A DNA stretch of 64,000 nucleotides from Pseudomonadota bacterium. GTDB lineage: Bacteria > Pseudomonadota > Gammaproteobacteria > Burkholderiales > Casimicrobiaceae. The position numbers and the translations under genes are program-made. Of this stretch, positions 17,964-26,203 are shown in pieces. The notes below the pieces were generated by a model. It did not search any database, had not been told where the DNA came from, and saw only the letters and a list, made by a program, of their open reading frames with translations. Numbering within the stretch: position 1 is the first letter of the stretch; each line of letters begins with the position of its first letter. The stretch is taken from positions 49,596 through 113,595 of the forward strand of contig JAFEDD010000023.1 of assembly GCA_018241765.1 (NCBI GenBank). The letters run 5' to 3'.

Positions 17964-18512
17964 ATGGTTGAAGTTCCCTCGACCGCACCGCGTGCGGCAC
18001 CGGCGACTCGGCGCGGACCTGCCGCGTGGGTCGGCCAGATCATCCTCTACGGGCTGTTCGCCCTGACGATCGGTGTTTTCTCACACTGGCCGCCGTATCA
18101 CCATCTCTCCGGCGATGAGGCGCTCGTCAAGCTGAGCATCGTGCATGCGGGCAAACCGGTGAGCGACTGCCGCCAACGAACGCCGGAGGAACTGGCCAAA
18201 CTGCCGCCGAACATGCGTGCGGCAACCAATTGCCCGCGCGAACGTTCGCCGCTGGTGGTCGAACTCGACATCGACGGCAAGCCGGCCGCACGCATGAGTG
18301 CACCGCCATCCGGGCTCTCGCGTGACGGCGCCTCGGCGGTTTACCGCCGCCTGCCCGTCGCGGCGGGTGAGCGTGAGTTCGCGGTGCGCATGCGCGACAA
18401 CGCGCGCTCGGCCGGCTTCGACTACACGCTCGAACGCCGCGTCACGCTGAAGCCGGCGCAAGTGCTGGTCATCGATTTCGACCCGCACCGCGGCACGCTC
18501 ACGCTGCAATGA
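17964..18512 (+). CDS. Hypothetical membrane-anchored protein of the oxidase operon
   Basis: N-terminal TM segment, beta-rich soluble domain with two Cys; ATGA overlap with the next gene. Confidence 0.7.
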   Translation: MVEVPSTAPRAAPATRRGPAAWVGQIILYGLFALTIGVFSHWPPYHHLSGDEALVKLSIVHAGKPVSDCRQRTPEELAKLPPNMRAATNCPRERSPLVVELDIDGKPAARMSAPPSGLSRDGASAVYRRLPVAAGEREFAVRMRDNARSAGFDYTLERRVTLKPAQVLVIDFDPHRGTLTLQ

Positions 18513-19918
18513 GCCCCACCACGTCAACGCTGCGCGCCGAGGCGAGTTGGGCGCGCGCCCCGGCGAACTACGCGCTCCCCGTCGCGCGCGGACGCATCCC
18601 GCTGGCACGGGGCTGGCTTGCGCTGGCCCTTTGCGCACTGGTCGGCTCGGGGCTCTTCTCGGTGCTCCTGGTGTTCGCGCGCACACCGGGGCTTGCCAAC
18701 CATCTGCCGGGCGGAGACTTCTTTCGCACGGCACTCGTCGTCCACGTCGATCTCTCGGTGCTCGTGTGGTTCGTCGCCATCGCCGGGTTGCTCTGGAGCG
18801 TGTCGAGACGTGCGCAGGGCCGCGCGAGCCGAAGCGAATGGGCGGCGCTTGCACTTGCGGGGGCTGGCGCCACGTCGATGGCCGTCGCCCCCTTCATCGC
18901 GCCCGGCGCTCCGATCATGGCGAACTACGTGCCCGTCATCGAATCGATGCCGTTCATCGTGGGCCTGCTGGGCGTGGCCGCCGGTGGCGCCGTGTTGGTC
19001 GGACATGCGCTGTTCGCTGGTCCCGGACTGGGCGACGGTCTCGACGGTGCCGCGTCGCTTCGCTTCGGGCTTTGGTGTGCCGCAGCGTGCGGCGCCATCG
19101 CACTCTTCGCGTTCGCGCTGTCCACGGCGCTCGTCCCGCGCTCGCTGGAGAGCCGCGCGTACTGGGAAATCCTCTTCTGGGGCGGTGGCCACGCACTGCA
19201 ATTCACCTGGACGCTGCTGATGCTCGTGGGCTGGCTTTGGCTCGCGCAGGCTGCGGGAGCGCAACCGCCACTGAGCGCGCGAGTCACTCTGTTGCTGTTT
19301 GCCATCGCCTTTGTCGCCTCTTTCGTGACCCCCTGGGCCTATCTTGCCCATGAGGTCACGACGGTAGAACATCGTGAACTGCACACCTGGGGCATGCGCG
19401 TCGGCGGCGGCCTCGCCATTTTCCCGATCGCGCTGGCGGTGCTGCTCGCGCTCGTGCGCCAGCGTTCCGTCACGGCCGAAGCGCGGCCGTTGCGCGCCGC
19501 GCTCGTGACCTCGATCGGACTCTTCACGGCGGGCGGCCTGATCGGCCTCACGATCCAGGGCAGCAACGTGAAGATCCCGGCGCACTATCACGGTTGCATC
19601 GTCGGCGTCACACTCGCGTTGATGGGGCTTGTCTACCACCTGCTGCCACGGCTCGGTTATCGTGCGCCACAAGGCCGTCTCGCGGTCGCGCAGCCATGGT
19701 GTTACGGCATCGGGCAGTTGATGCACATCATCGGGCTCGTGTGGTCCGGCGGCTATGGCGTGCAACGCAAGGTGGCCGGCGCCGAGCAGGTGCTGCGCTC
19801 GCCCGGTGAAGTCTTTGGTATGGGTTTGATGGGCGCTGGCGGCGCCATCGCCATCGTCGGCGGCATGCTGTTCGCCGTCGTGGTGTGGCGCGCCATGCGC
19901 AATGGGAGTACACGATGA
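18509..19918 (+). CDS. Degenerate heme-copper oxidase subunit I-like membrane protein
   Basis: Multi-TM; retains VVHVD, FWGGGHALQF and PAHYHG but no adjacent HH pair. Confidence 0.7.
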   Translation: MSPTTSTLRAEASWARAPANYALPVARGRIPLARGWLALALCALVGSGLFSVLLVFARTPGLANHLPGGDFFRTALVVHVDLSVLVWFVAIAGLLWSVSRRAQGRASRSEWAALALAGAGATSMAVAPFIAPGAPIMANYVPVIESMPFIVGLLGVAAGGAVLVGHALFAGPGLGDGLDGAASLRFGLWCAAACGAIALFAFALSTALVPRSLESRAYWEILFWGGGHALQFTWTLLMLVGWLWLAQAAGAQPPLSARVTLLLFAIAFVASFVTPWAYLAHEVTTVEHRELHTWGMRVGGGLAIFPIALAVLLALVRQRSVTAEARPLRAALVTSIGLFTAGGLIGLTIQGSNVKIPAHYHGCIVGVTLALMGLVYHLLPRLGYRAPQGRLAVAQPWCYGIGQLMHIIGLVWSGGYGVQRKVAGAEQVLRSPGEVFGMGLMGAGGAIAIVGGMLFAVVVWRAMRNGSTR

Positions 19919-21840
19919 ACCTTAGCCCCCGACGCCTGCTGCGTTCGGCGTTCATGGCGGCCGAGGCCGTGTTCAACCGCGCGTTCGGCGACAAGCTCAA
20001 CCCGTTCTATCACCTCGGGTCGCTGACCTTCTTTCTGTTCTGGATCGTCGCCGGAACCGGCCTCTACCTGTACGCCTTCTTCGACACCAGCGTGGAAGGC
20101 GCCTATCGCTCGGTCGAGGCGCTGACCACGAAGCAATGGTTCGCCGGCGGCATCATCCGCAGCGTGCACCGCTACTCCTCGGACGCCATGGTCGTGACCA
20201 TGGTGATCCATCTGCTTCGCTACTGGGCCTACGACCGCATGCGCGGCTTCCGCTGGTTGTCGTGGATTACCGGCGTCGTGCTGGTCTGGCTCGTGTTCGC
20301 GGCTGGCGTCAACGGCTACATGCTGCCGTGGGACAAGCTGGCGCAGTTCGTCACGCAGGCGAGTTTCGAATGGATCGACTGGCTGCCGGGCTTCGGCGGC
20401 ACGCTGATCCGAAACTTCATGACCGACGCCGCCGTCAGCAACCGACTCTTCTCGCTGCTCGTGTTCATTCACATCGGCGTGCCGCTGGTTACGTTGCTCG
20501 TGATGTGGGTTCACGTGCAGCGGGTGCCGAAGGCAACGACGATTCCGCCGCGACAGGTCGCCATTGCGGTGGGCATCATGCTCGTGCTGCTCGCGCTGGT
20601 TCGTCCGGTCATGAGCCAGGGCGGCCCCGCCCAACTCGCCGTGGCGCCACAGACGCTGTCGTTCGACTGGTTCCTGCTCGCTCTCTATCCACTCGTCTAC
20701 CTGTGGCCGATCGGAGCGGTCTGGGCGTTCGTGCTCGGATTCTCCGCGCTGCTCGCGGCCGCGCCTTGGGTGCCACCGCGCCGCGGTGGTGGTGCAGGGA
20801 AGCGCGTCACCTATCACCCGGGGTCGCATACCCTGCCAGCGCGCACCGGCGAGACGCTGCTCGAAGCGGGCCTGCGTGCCGGCCTCGCGCTGCCCTACGA
20901 CTGCCGCGCCGGTGGCTGCGGTGTCTGCGTGTGCACGGTGCTCAACGGTCGCGTCGATCACGGCGCCTACCAACCCGCAGCGCTGACCGAAGCCATGCGC
21001 GCGCGCGGGCAGACGCTCATGTGCTGCGCGGTGCCGCTCGACGATGTCGAACTCGAAGTCGAGCATGTTGCGTCGCTGACCGACGCCAGTGCGCCCGTCG
21101 TTCGCTATCAGGGCCGCGTCGAGCGCATGGAGCGCTTGGCACCGGAGGTGATGCGGCTTTGGGTCACCCTGCCGGCCGGCCAGCGCATCGAGTTCGAGGC
21201 GGGTCAATACATCAACATCATTCTCGACGACGGCCCGCGCCGCGCGTTCTCGTTCGCCAACACGCCGGGCAACAACGAGCAGATCGAGCTGCACGTGCGG
21301 CGCATTCCGGGCGGGCGCTTCACCACCCACGTCTTCGACGGCATGAAACCGGGCGACACGCTCGATTTCGAAGGCCCGATCGGCCGCTTCACGCTGCGCG
21401 ACAGCAACCGCCCCATTTTGTTCATCGCCGGCGCCACGGGGTTCGCACCGATCAAGAGCATCGTCGAGGACGCCTTCCAGCGCGGCATCGATCGGCCGAT
21501 GTGGCTCTATTGGGGCGTGCGCAAGCGCGACGATCTCTACATGGCGAGCCTCGCCGAGCAGTGGGCGAGCGAGCACCCGAATTTCCTGTTCGTCCCCGTG
21601 CTTTCAGATGCCGACGACGACGTCACGTGGACTGGCCGACGCGGCCTCGTGCATGAGGCATTGCTGGCCGACCACCCGAACCTGACCGGTTTCGAGGTCT
21701 ACGCCTGTGGCTCGACGCGCATGGTGGAGGCTGCCGTGCCTGACTTCATCGCGCACGGCCTGGGTGAGCAATTCTGCTTCTCGGACGCGTTCACGCCAAG
21801 CCGCCCGACTCCGCCGTCGACGCCGGCCTCGAGCGCGTGA
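19915..21840 (+). CDS. Cytochrome b N-terminal domain fused to [2Fe-2S] ferredoxin and FAD/NAD(P) reductase domain
   Basis: ATGA overlap start after GGGAG; four heme His; CRAGGCGVC...C; RAFSFAN, AGATGFAP, YACGS. Confidence 0.85.
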   Translation: MNLSPRRLLRSAFMAAEAVFNRAFGDKLNPFYHLGSLTFFLFWIVAGTGLYLYAFFDTSVEGAYRSVEALTTKQWFAGGIIRSVHRYSSDAMVVTMVIHLLRYWAYDRMRGFRWLSWITGVVLVWLVFAAGVNGYMLPWDKLAQFVTQASFEWIDWLPGFGGTLIRNFMTDAAVSNRLFSLLVFIHIGVPLVTLLVMWVHVQRVPKATTIPPRQVAIAVGIMLVLLALVRPVMSQGGPAQLAVAPQTLSFDWFLLALYPLVYLWPIGAVWAFVLGFSALLAAAPWVPPRRGGGAGKRVTYHPGSHTLPARTGETLLEAGLRAGLALPYDCRAGGCGVCVCTVLNGRVDHGAYQPAALTEAMRARGQTLMCCAVPLDDVELEVEHVASLTDASAPVVRYQGRVERMERLAPEVMRLWVTLPAGQRIEFEAGQYINIILDDGPRRAFSFANTPGNNEQIELHVRRIPGGRFTTHVFDGMKPGDTLDFEGPIGRFTLRDSNRPILFIAGATGFAPIKSIVEDAFQRGIDRPMWLYWGVRKRDDLYMASLAEQWASEHPNFLFVPVLSDADDDVTWTGRRGLVHEALLADHPNLTGFEVYACGSTRMVEAAVPDFIAHGLGEQFCFSDAFTPSRPTPPSTPASSA

Positions 21841-22829
21841 CGCCAACTGGCGGCACGCGCGGACCCTACCCGCCCAACGTGGACCCCGCGCGCCTCCGGC
21901 TGCTGCGCCGCTGCGCCATGCTGGGTGCGCTGCTGGTCGCCGCGGTCATCGGTCTCAGTGCCTTCATGCGACTGTCGGCCAGCGGACTCGACTGTCCGAC
22001 ATGGCCGAGCTGTTACGGTGAAGCGCTGCAACGAGCGCAGGCCGGCATGGCACCCGCGACGACGCCGAGCGAGGGTGTCGCGCTGGCTCGCATGGCGCAC
22101 CGCCTGCTGGCGATGGCCTTGCTGCCGCTCGCTCTGCTGCTCGCCTTCGCCGGTTTGACCGTACGCCCGCAGCCGTGGCGAGGGCGCTGGCACACGCTTG
22201 CCGCGTTGGCGCTCATCGTGTTCCTCGCCGCACTCGGGCGGGCAACGGCGGATGCGCGACTGCCGATCGTCACCATCGGAAATCTGCTCGGTGGCTTCGT
22301 GCTGTTCGCGCTGTTTTGGCGCATGGCCGCGCTCGCCACGACGACGCAACCGCCCGTGCTGCGCTGGCGGATGTGGCCGCTCCTCGCACTGCTCGCGCTC
22401 GTCATCGAGATCACGCTGGGCGCCATGGTGAGTGGCGGCTACGCGGCGCTCAGTTGCCTGTCGCTGACCGACTGCGCCAACGCGTGGTCGCAGCCCCTGG
22501 CCACGCTCGATCCGTGGCGCGAGCCGCGCTTCACGACGCTCGCCACACCCATCCACGCCGAAGGCGCGCTCTCGCATGTCCTGCATCGCTACGCGGCGCT
22601 CATCTGCACGGTGCTGCTGTGCGCCGCGGCGCTGTCGCTGCGACGTGACGGGAGAACGCGAGACGCGCTCGCCATCGTCGCGCTGACCGCGCTCGTCGTG
22701 GCACTCGGCATCGCGAGCGTCGCCGCCGGCATGCCGCTCTTCGTCGTGCTGCTGCACAACCTCGCAAGCGCCCTGCTGCTCGCCGTGACGGTCAACGCCG
22801 TGCGCGGCGCCGACGCCATCAGCCGCTGA
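21837..22829 (+). CDS. COX15/CtaA-family heme A synthase-like protein (variant)
   Basis: GLDCPTWPSCYG, AHR, LHRY, LHN motifs; helix-4 His position reads N (IGNLLGG). Confidence 0.8.
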   Translation: MTPTGGTRGPYPPNVDPARLRLLRRCAMLGALLVAAVIGLSAFMRLSASGLDCPTWPSCYGEALQRAQAGMAPATTPSEGVALARMAHRLLAMALLPLALLLAFAGLTVRPQPWRGRWHTLAALALIVFLAALGRATADARLPIVTIGNLLGGFVLFALFWRMAALATTTQPPVLRWRMWPLLALLALVIEITLGAMVSGGYAALSCLSLTDCANAWSQPLATLDPWREPRFTTLATPIHAEGALSHVLHRYAALICTVLLCAAALSLRRDGRTRDALAIVALTALVVALGIASVAAGMPLFVVLLHNLASALLLAVTVNAVRGADAISR

Positions 22830-23550
22830 GGCCAGTCACCGGCAACAGCGCCCCGTGCACCGCGCGCGCGGCGTCGGATGCGAGGAACACGATCACCTCC
22901 GCGAGCGCCTCGGGCGCCACCCAGCGCGCCGGATCCGCCTGCGGCATGTCGGCGCGGTTTTGCGGCGTGTCGATGATGCTCGGCAGCACCGCATTGACGT
23001 TGATGCCCTGCTCGCGCAGTTCCGCCGACATCGATTCCGTGAGGCGCATGACGACGCTCTTCGCCGCCGTGTAGGCACCCATGCGGGCCGCGCCACGCTG
23101 GGCGGCGAAGGCGCCGATGTTGACGATCCTGCCGCGAGCGCCGAACGCATTCGGCGCCTGCGAGAGCATTTGCGGCACCGTTGCCCGCGCCGCATTGAGC
23201 AGCGTCCGCGCATTGATGTCGAGCAGGAAGTCCCACGTCGCACGGCCGGTCTCGTGCACCGCTTCACCCATGCGAAAGCCGCCGACCAGATTGCACAGCA
23301 CGTGCACGCCGCCGAAGCGCTCGACCGCACCCGCCACCATCGCGGCCACCGATTCGCCATCGAGCAGGTCCGTTGGCGCCAGCCACTGCCGCGCGCCGTC
23401 GGCAAAGCCCGCCCGCTGCAACGCCTCCCGCGAGCGATCGACCAGCACCAGCGCCGCGCCACGTTCGGCGAAGGCACGCGCCACCGCGCCGCCAAGGTTG
23501 CCCGATGCGCCGGTCACGATGACCGTGCGTTCTTGCCACGTTTCCTGCAT
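22819..23550 (-). CDS. Short-chain dehydrogenase/reductase
   Basis: TGASGNLG, YTAAK catalytic motif, NAVLPSIIDTP; 3' end overlaps the ctaA-like gene by 11 bp. Confidence 0.9.
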   Translation of the reverse strand: MQETWQERTVIVTGASGNLGGAVARAFAERGAALVLVDRSREALQRAGFADGARQWLAPTDLLDGESVAAMVAGAVERFGGVHVLCNLVGGFRMGEAVHETGRATWDFLLDINARTLLNAARATVPQMLSQAPNAFGARGRIVNIGAFAAQRGAARMGAYTAAKSVVMRLTESMSAELREQGINVNAVLPSIIDTPQNRADMPQADPARWVAPEALAEVIVFLASDAARAVHGALLPVTGLSG

Positions 23551-23639
23551 TGCTCTGTGCCTCACTCAGTCATGTGTGTGCGAACGATTGTCGCGCAACC
23601 GCACGCGGGTGAACGTCGCAGCGCCATGAAAACTCAAAC

Positions 23640-23754
23640 AACTTTTTTCTACAAGCCGCATTCATAACGGGCTTGGAAGCCGAAAACGTTAAAACTCGAC
23701 TTTTGGCGATTTCGCGCTGCAAGCCCATTGTGGACGCCATTTGCGCATGAAGTT
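23640..23754. repeat. ~115 bp dispersed palindrome, copy B
   Basis: AACTTTT...TTCATAACGGGCTT-23-dyad(23697/8)-23-AAGCCCATTGTGGACGC...AAGTT. Confidence 0.9.
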
Positions 23755-23859
23755 ATATCGATTCCACCGCGCTATGTCGACGCTCCAGCGGGCAGACCAC
23801 GGATCGAGGTCGCTCGCACACCGTGGGACCCGATTGACCATCATCGAACGCAACCCAGC

Positions 23860-23893
23860 GCGTAGCCTCGATGCAACGAAGTGGAATCGAGGG
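23860..23893 (+). repeat. GTAG-type REP element, copy 4
   Basis: GCGTAGCCTCGATGCAACGAAGTGGAATCGAGGG. Confidence 0.85.
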
Positions 23894-24031
23894 CAATGGA
23901 CATGAAGCACGCAGCGCTTGCAGGCGCTGCCTGCACCAGCGCGATTTCGATGGTTTGGCGGGTCAATCAACGTTTTCCCAATGCTCTGCGCGTGAATTCA
24001 CGGTTTTTGGCGTGCGCGGCATGCGCGGTGC

Positions 24032-24065
24032 CCCTCGATTCCACTTCGTTGCATCGAGGCTACGC
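24032..24065 (-). repeat. GTAG-type REP element, copy 5 (inverted relative to copy 4)
   Basis: CCCTCGATTCCACTTCGTTGCATCGAGGCTACGC is the exact reverse complement of copy 4. Confidence 0.88.
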
Positions 24066-24331
24066 TTGCAGCGCCGTGTCGACGCTCAGCGGGAAGGCGA
24101 CGGCACATGGTCGCTCGCACACCGTGGGACCCGATTGACCATCATCGAACGCAACCCAGCGCGGTCAAGCCCGCGCCTACCGCGGGCTTCGCTACCCAGA
24201 GCGATCGCGGTCGCATTCGGGTCGTTTCGGGAGACGCCCATTTTCGAACCGCGCGCACGCGATTTTTTACAACCTACCTATAATCGCCGCACTTGTAAAT
24301 TGTCACGTTCGTCCTCCCTCCAGAGCTCATC

Positions 24332-25258
24332 ATGAAAACCACACCCATCACCAAAGCCGATCTCGAACGCTCCGTCATCGCCGTGCCGCCGCTTGCGCGC
24401 AACGCCGACTTCTCGCTCAACGTGGCCGCCAACGTGCGCCTGATCAAGCACCTCGAAGGCGGCGGCGTGAAAAACATCATGTACGGCGGCAACGCCAACT
24501 TCTACCATGTGACGCTCGACGAATACGCCGAGTTGCTGGCCTTCCTCGAGTCCGCGGTCGCTGCCGACACCTGGGTGCTGCCCTCGGTCGGACCCGACTA
24601 CGGCAAGGCCATGAGCCAGGCGAAGATCATCCGCACGAGCGCGTTTCCGACCGCGATGCTGCTGCCGATGAGTTTCCCCTACACCGACCACGGCCTCGCC
24701 ACCGGCATTCGCCGCATCACCGACGCCATGGGCAAGAAGGCCGTGCTCTACATCAAGGCCGCGAACTACCTGAAACCCGACAGCGTCGCCGCACTGTGCA
24801 ACGAAGGGCGCATCGCCTCCATCAAGTACGCCGCCGTGATGGCCGACCCCGCCAATGACCCGTACCTCGGCGAACTGGTCAAGGTCGTGAGCCGCGACCT
24901 CCTGGTGAGCGGCATCGGCGAACGGCCGGCCATCGTGCACCTGCGCGACTTCGGCCTGACCGGCTTCACCTCGGGTTCGGTATGCGTCGCGCCGCGCGGC
25001 TCGACGCAGATGCTCGCGCACCTGAAGGCAAAGCAGTACGCCGAAGCCGAGGCGATCCGCGCCCGCTACCTGCCACTCGAGGATTGCCGCGACGACATCA
25101 GCCCGATCCGTGTGCTGCACGACGCCGTCACGCTCGCCGGCGTCGCCGACATGGGCCCGATGCTGCCGATGCTCTCCGGACTCGAAGCCGCCGAGCGCAC
25201 CCGCGTCGAGCCCGTGGCCAAGGCACTCTTGGCGGCCGACGGGGGCTACGCCGGCTGA
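24332..25258 (+). CDS. DapA/NanA-family (dihydrodipicolinate synthase-like) aldolase/dehydratase
   Basis: Family layout with Schiff-base Lys in SIKYA; YGGNANF replaces the usual GxxGE. Confidence 0.75.
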   Translation: MKTTPITKADLERSVIAVPPLARNADFSLNVAANVRLIKHLEGGGVKNIMYGGNANFYHVTLDEYAELLAFLESAVAADTWVLPSVGPDYGKAMSQAKIIRTSAFPTAMLLPMSFPYTDHGLATGIRRITDAMGKKAVLYIKAANYLKPDSVAALCNEGRIASIKYAAVMADPANDPYLGELVKVVSRDLLVSGIGERPAIVHLRDFGLTGFTSGSVCVAPRGSTQMLAHLKAKQYAEAEAIRARYLPLEDCRDDISPIRVLHDAVTLAGVADMGPMLPMLSGLEAAERTRVEPVAKALLAADGGYAG

Positions 25259-25295
25259 CCGGCCACGCCGTGCGGACGCGCGCCGACGCCCTCTC

Positions 25296-26051
25296 ATGCC
25301 CATCCCCGTACCCGCCCGGCCCGCGGCAAACGCTCCCCCGCTCGACACGGCAGTCGTCGGCAAACGTCCGCGCCTCTCCGACGGCATCTACGGGCAGATC
25401 TTCGAGGCGATCGTCGGCGGCGAGCTCAATGTCGGTGATCAGCTGCCTTCCGAAAACGACATCGCGAGGCAGTACGACGTCTCGCGGCCGGTCGTGCGCG
25501 AGGCGCTGCAGCGGCTGCGCGCCGACGGTCTCGTCACCGCGCACCAGGGGTTGGGCTCCTTCGTCAGCGCGCAGCCGGCGCCGCGCCTGAAGGCACTCGC
25601 CGCGGCAGATAATGTCGCGCTCTTCCTGCGCTGCCAGGAGGTGCGCATCGCGCTGGAAGGCGAAAGCGCCCGCCTCGCGGCGTTGCGCCGCGACAATGCA
25701 CAGATGCGCGTGATCGACGCCGCGCAGGCGCGCTTCAAGGCCAGCGCCGACGCCGGGCACATCGACGCCGAGGAAGACCTCGCCTTTCATCGCGCGATCG
25801 CGGAGGCCACCAACAACGATTTCTTCGCCCAAGCGCTCGACAGCACGCACGAAGCGATGGCCGGGTTCATGCGGCTCACCATCAGCCTCACTCGCTCCGG
25901 CTCGGCGCGACGCGCGCAGAAAGTGCTCGAAGAACACACGGCCATCGTCGAGGCGATCCGCGCCCGGGACGGCGAACGCGCCCGCACCGCCATGCAGTTT
26001 CACCTCGATCAGGCCCGCCAGCGTCTGATCAACCGCGAGCGCGACGCCTGA
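25296..26051 (+). CDS. GntR/FadR-family transcriptional regulator
   Basis: QLPSENDIARQYDVSRPVVREALQRL...GLGSFV HTH; FCD domain with DLAFHRAIA, EHTAIV. Confidence 0.92.
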   Translation: MPIPVPARPAANAPPLDTAVVGKRPRLSDGIYGQIFEAIVGGELNVGDQLPSENDIARQYDVSRPVVREALQRLRADGLVTAHQGLGSFVSAQPAPRLKALAAADNVALFLRCQEVRIALEGESARLAALRRDNAQMRVIDAAQARFKASADAGHIDAEEDLAFHRAIAEATNNDFFAQALDSTHEAMAGFMRLTISLTRSGSARRAQKVLEEHTAIVEAIRARDGERARTAMQFHLDQARQRLINRERDA

Positions 26052-26203
26052 GCGGAACGAAGCGCCCTCAATTTGCCCACCCCTCGAACATACTCCCACA
26101 ATGTCGTTTGCGGCGACCGGTTCGCGTCTGTTAACTTTGAATGATCGCGTCGGTCGGCACAGGTCGGTCAGTTCGCGCGGCGCAACACAATACGGGAGAG
26201 GAA

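Larger units (their letters stand above)
23808..24163 (+). repeat. Perfect 55 bp direct repeat (23808-23862 and 24109-24163) bracketing an inverted REP pair
   Basis: GGTCGCTCGCACACCGTGGGACCCGATTGACCATCATCGAACGCAACCCAGCGCG occurs twice, 301 bp apart. Confidence 0.92.

Noticed and set aside
23640-23754. 115 bp palindromes as integron attC sites
   Set aside because: The arms do not fit RYYYAAC/GTTRRRY, the GTT triad is not conserved (ATT, GCT, GTC in B, C, D), the copies do not flank cassette-like ORFs, and there is no integrase.
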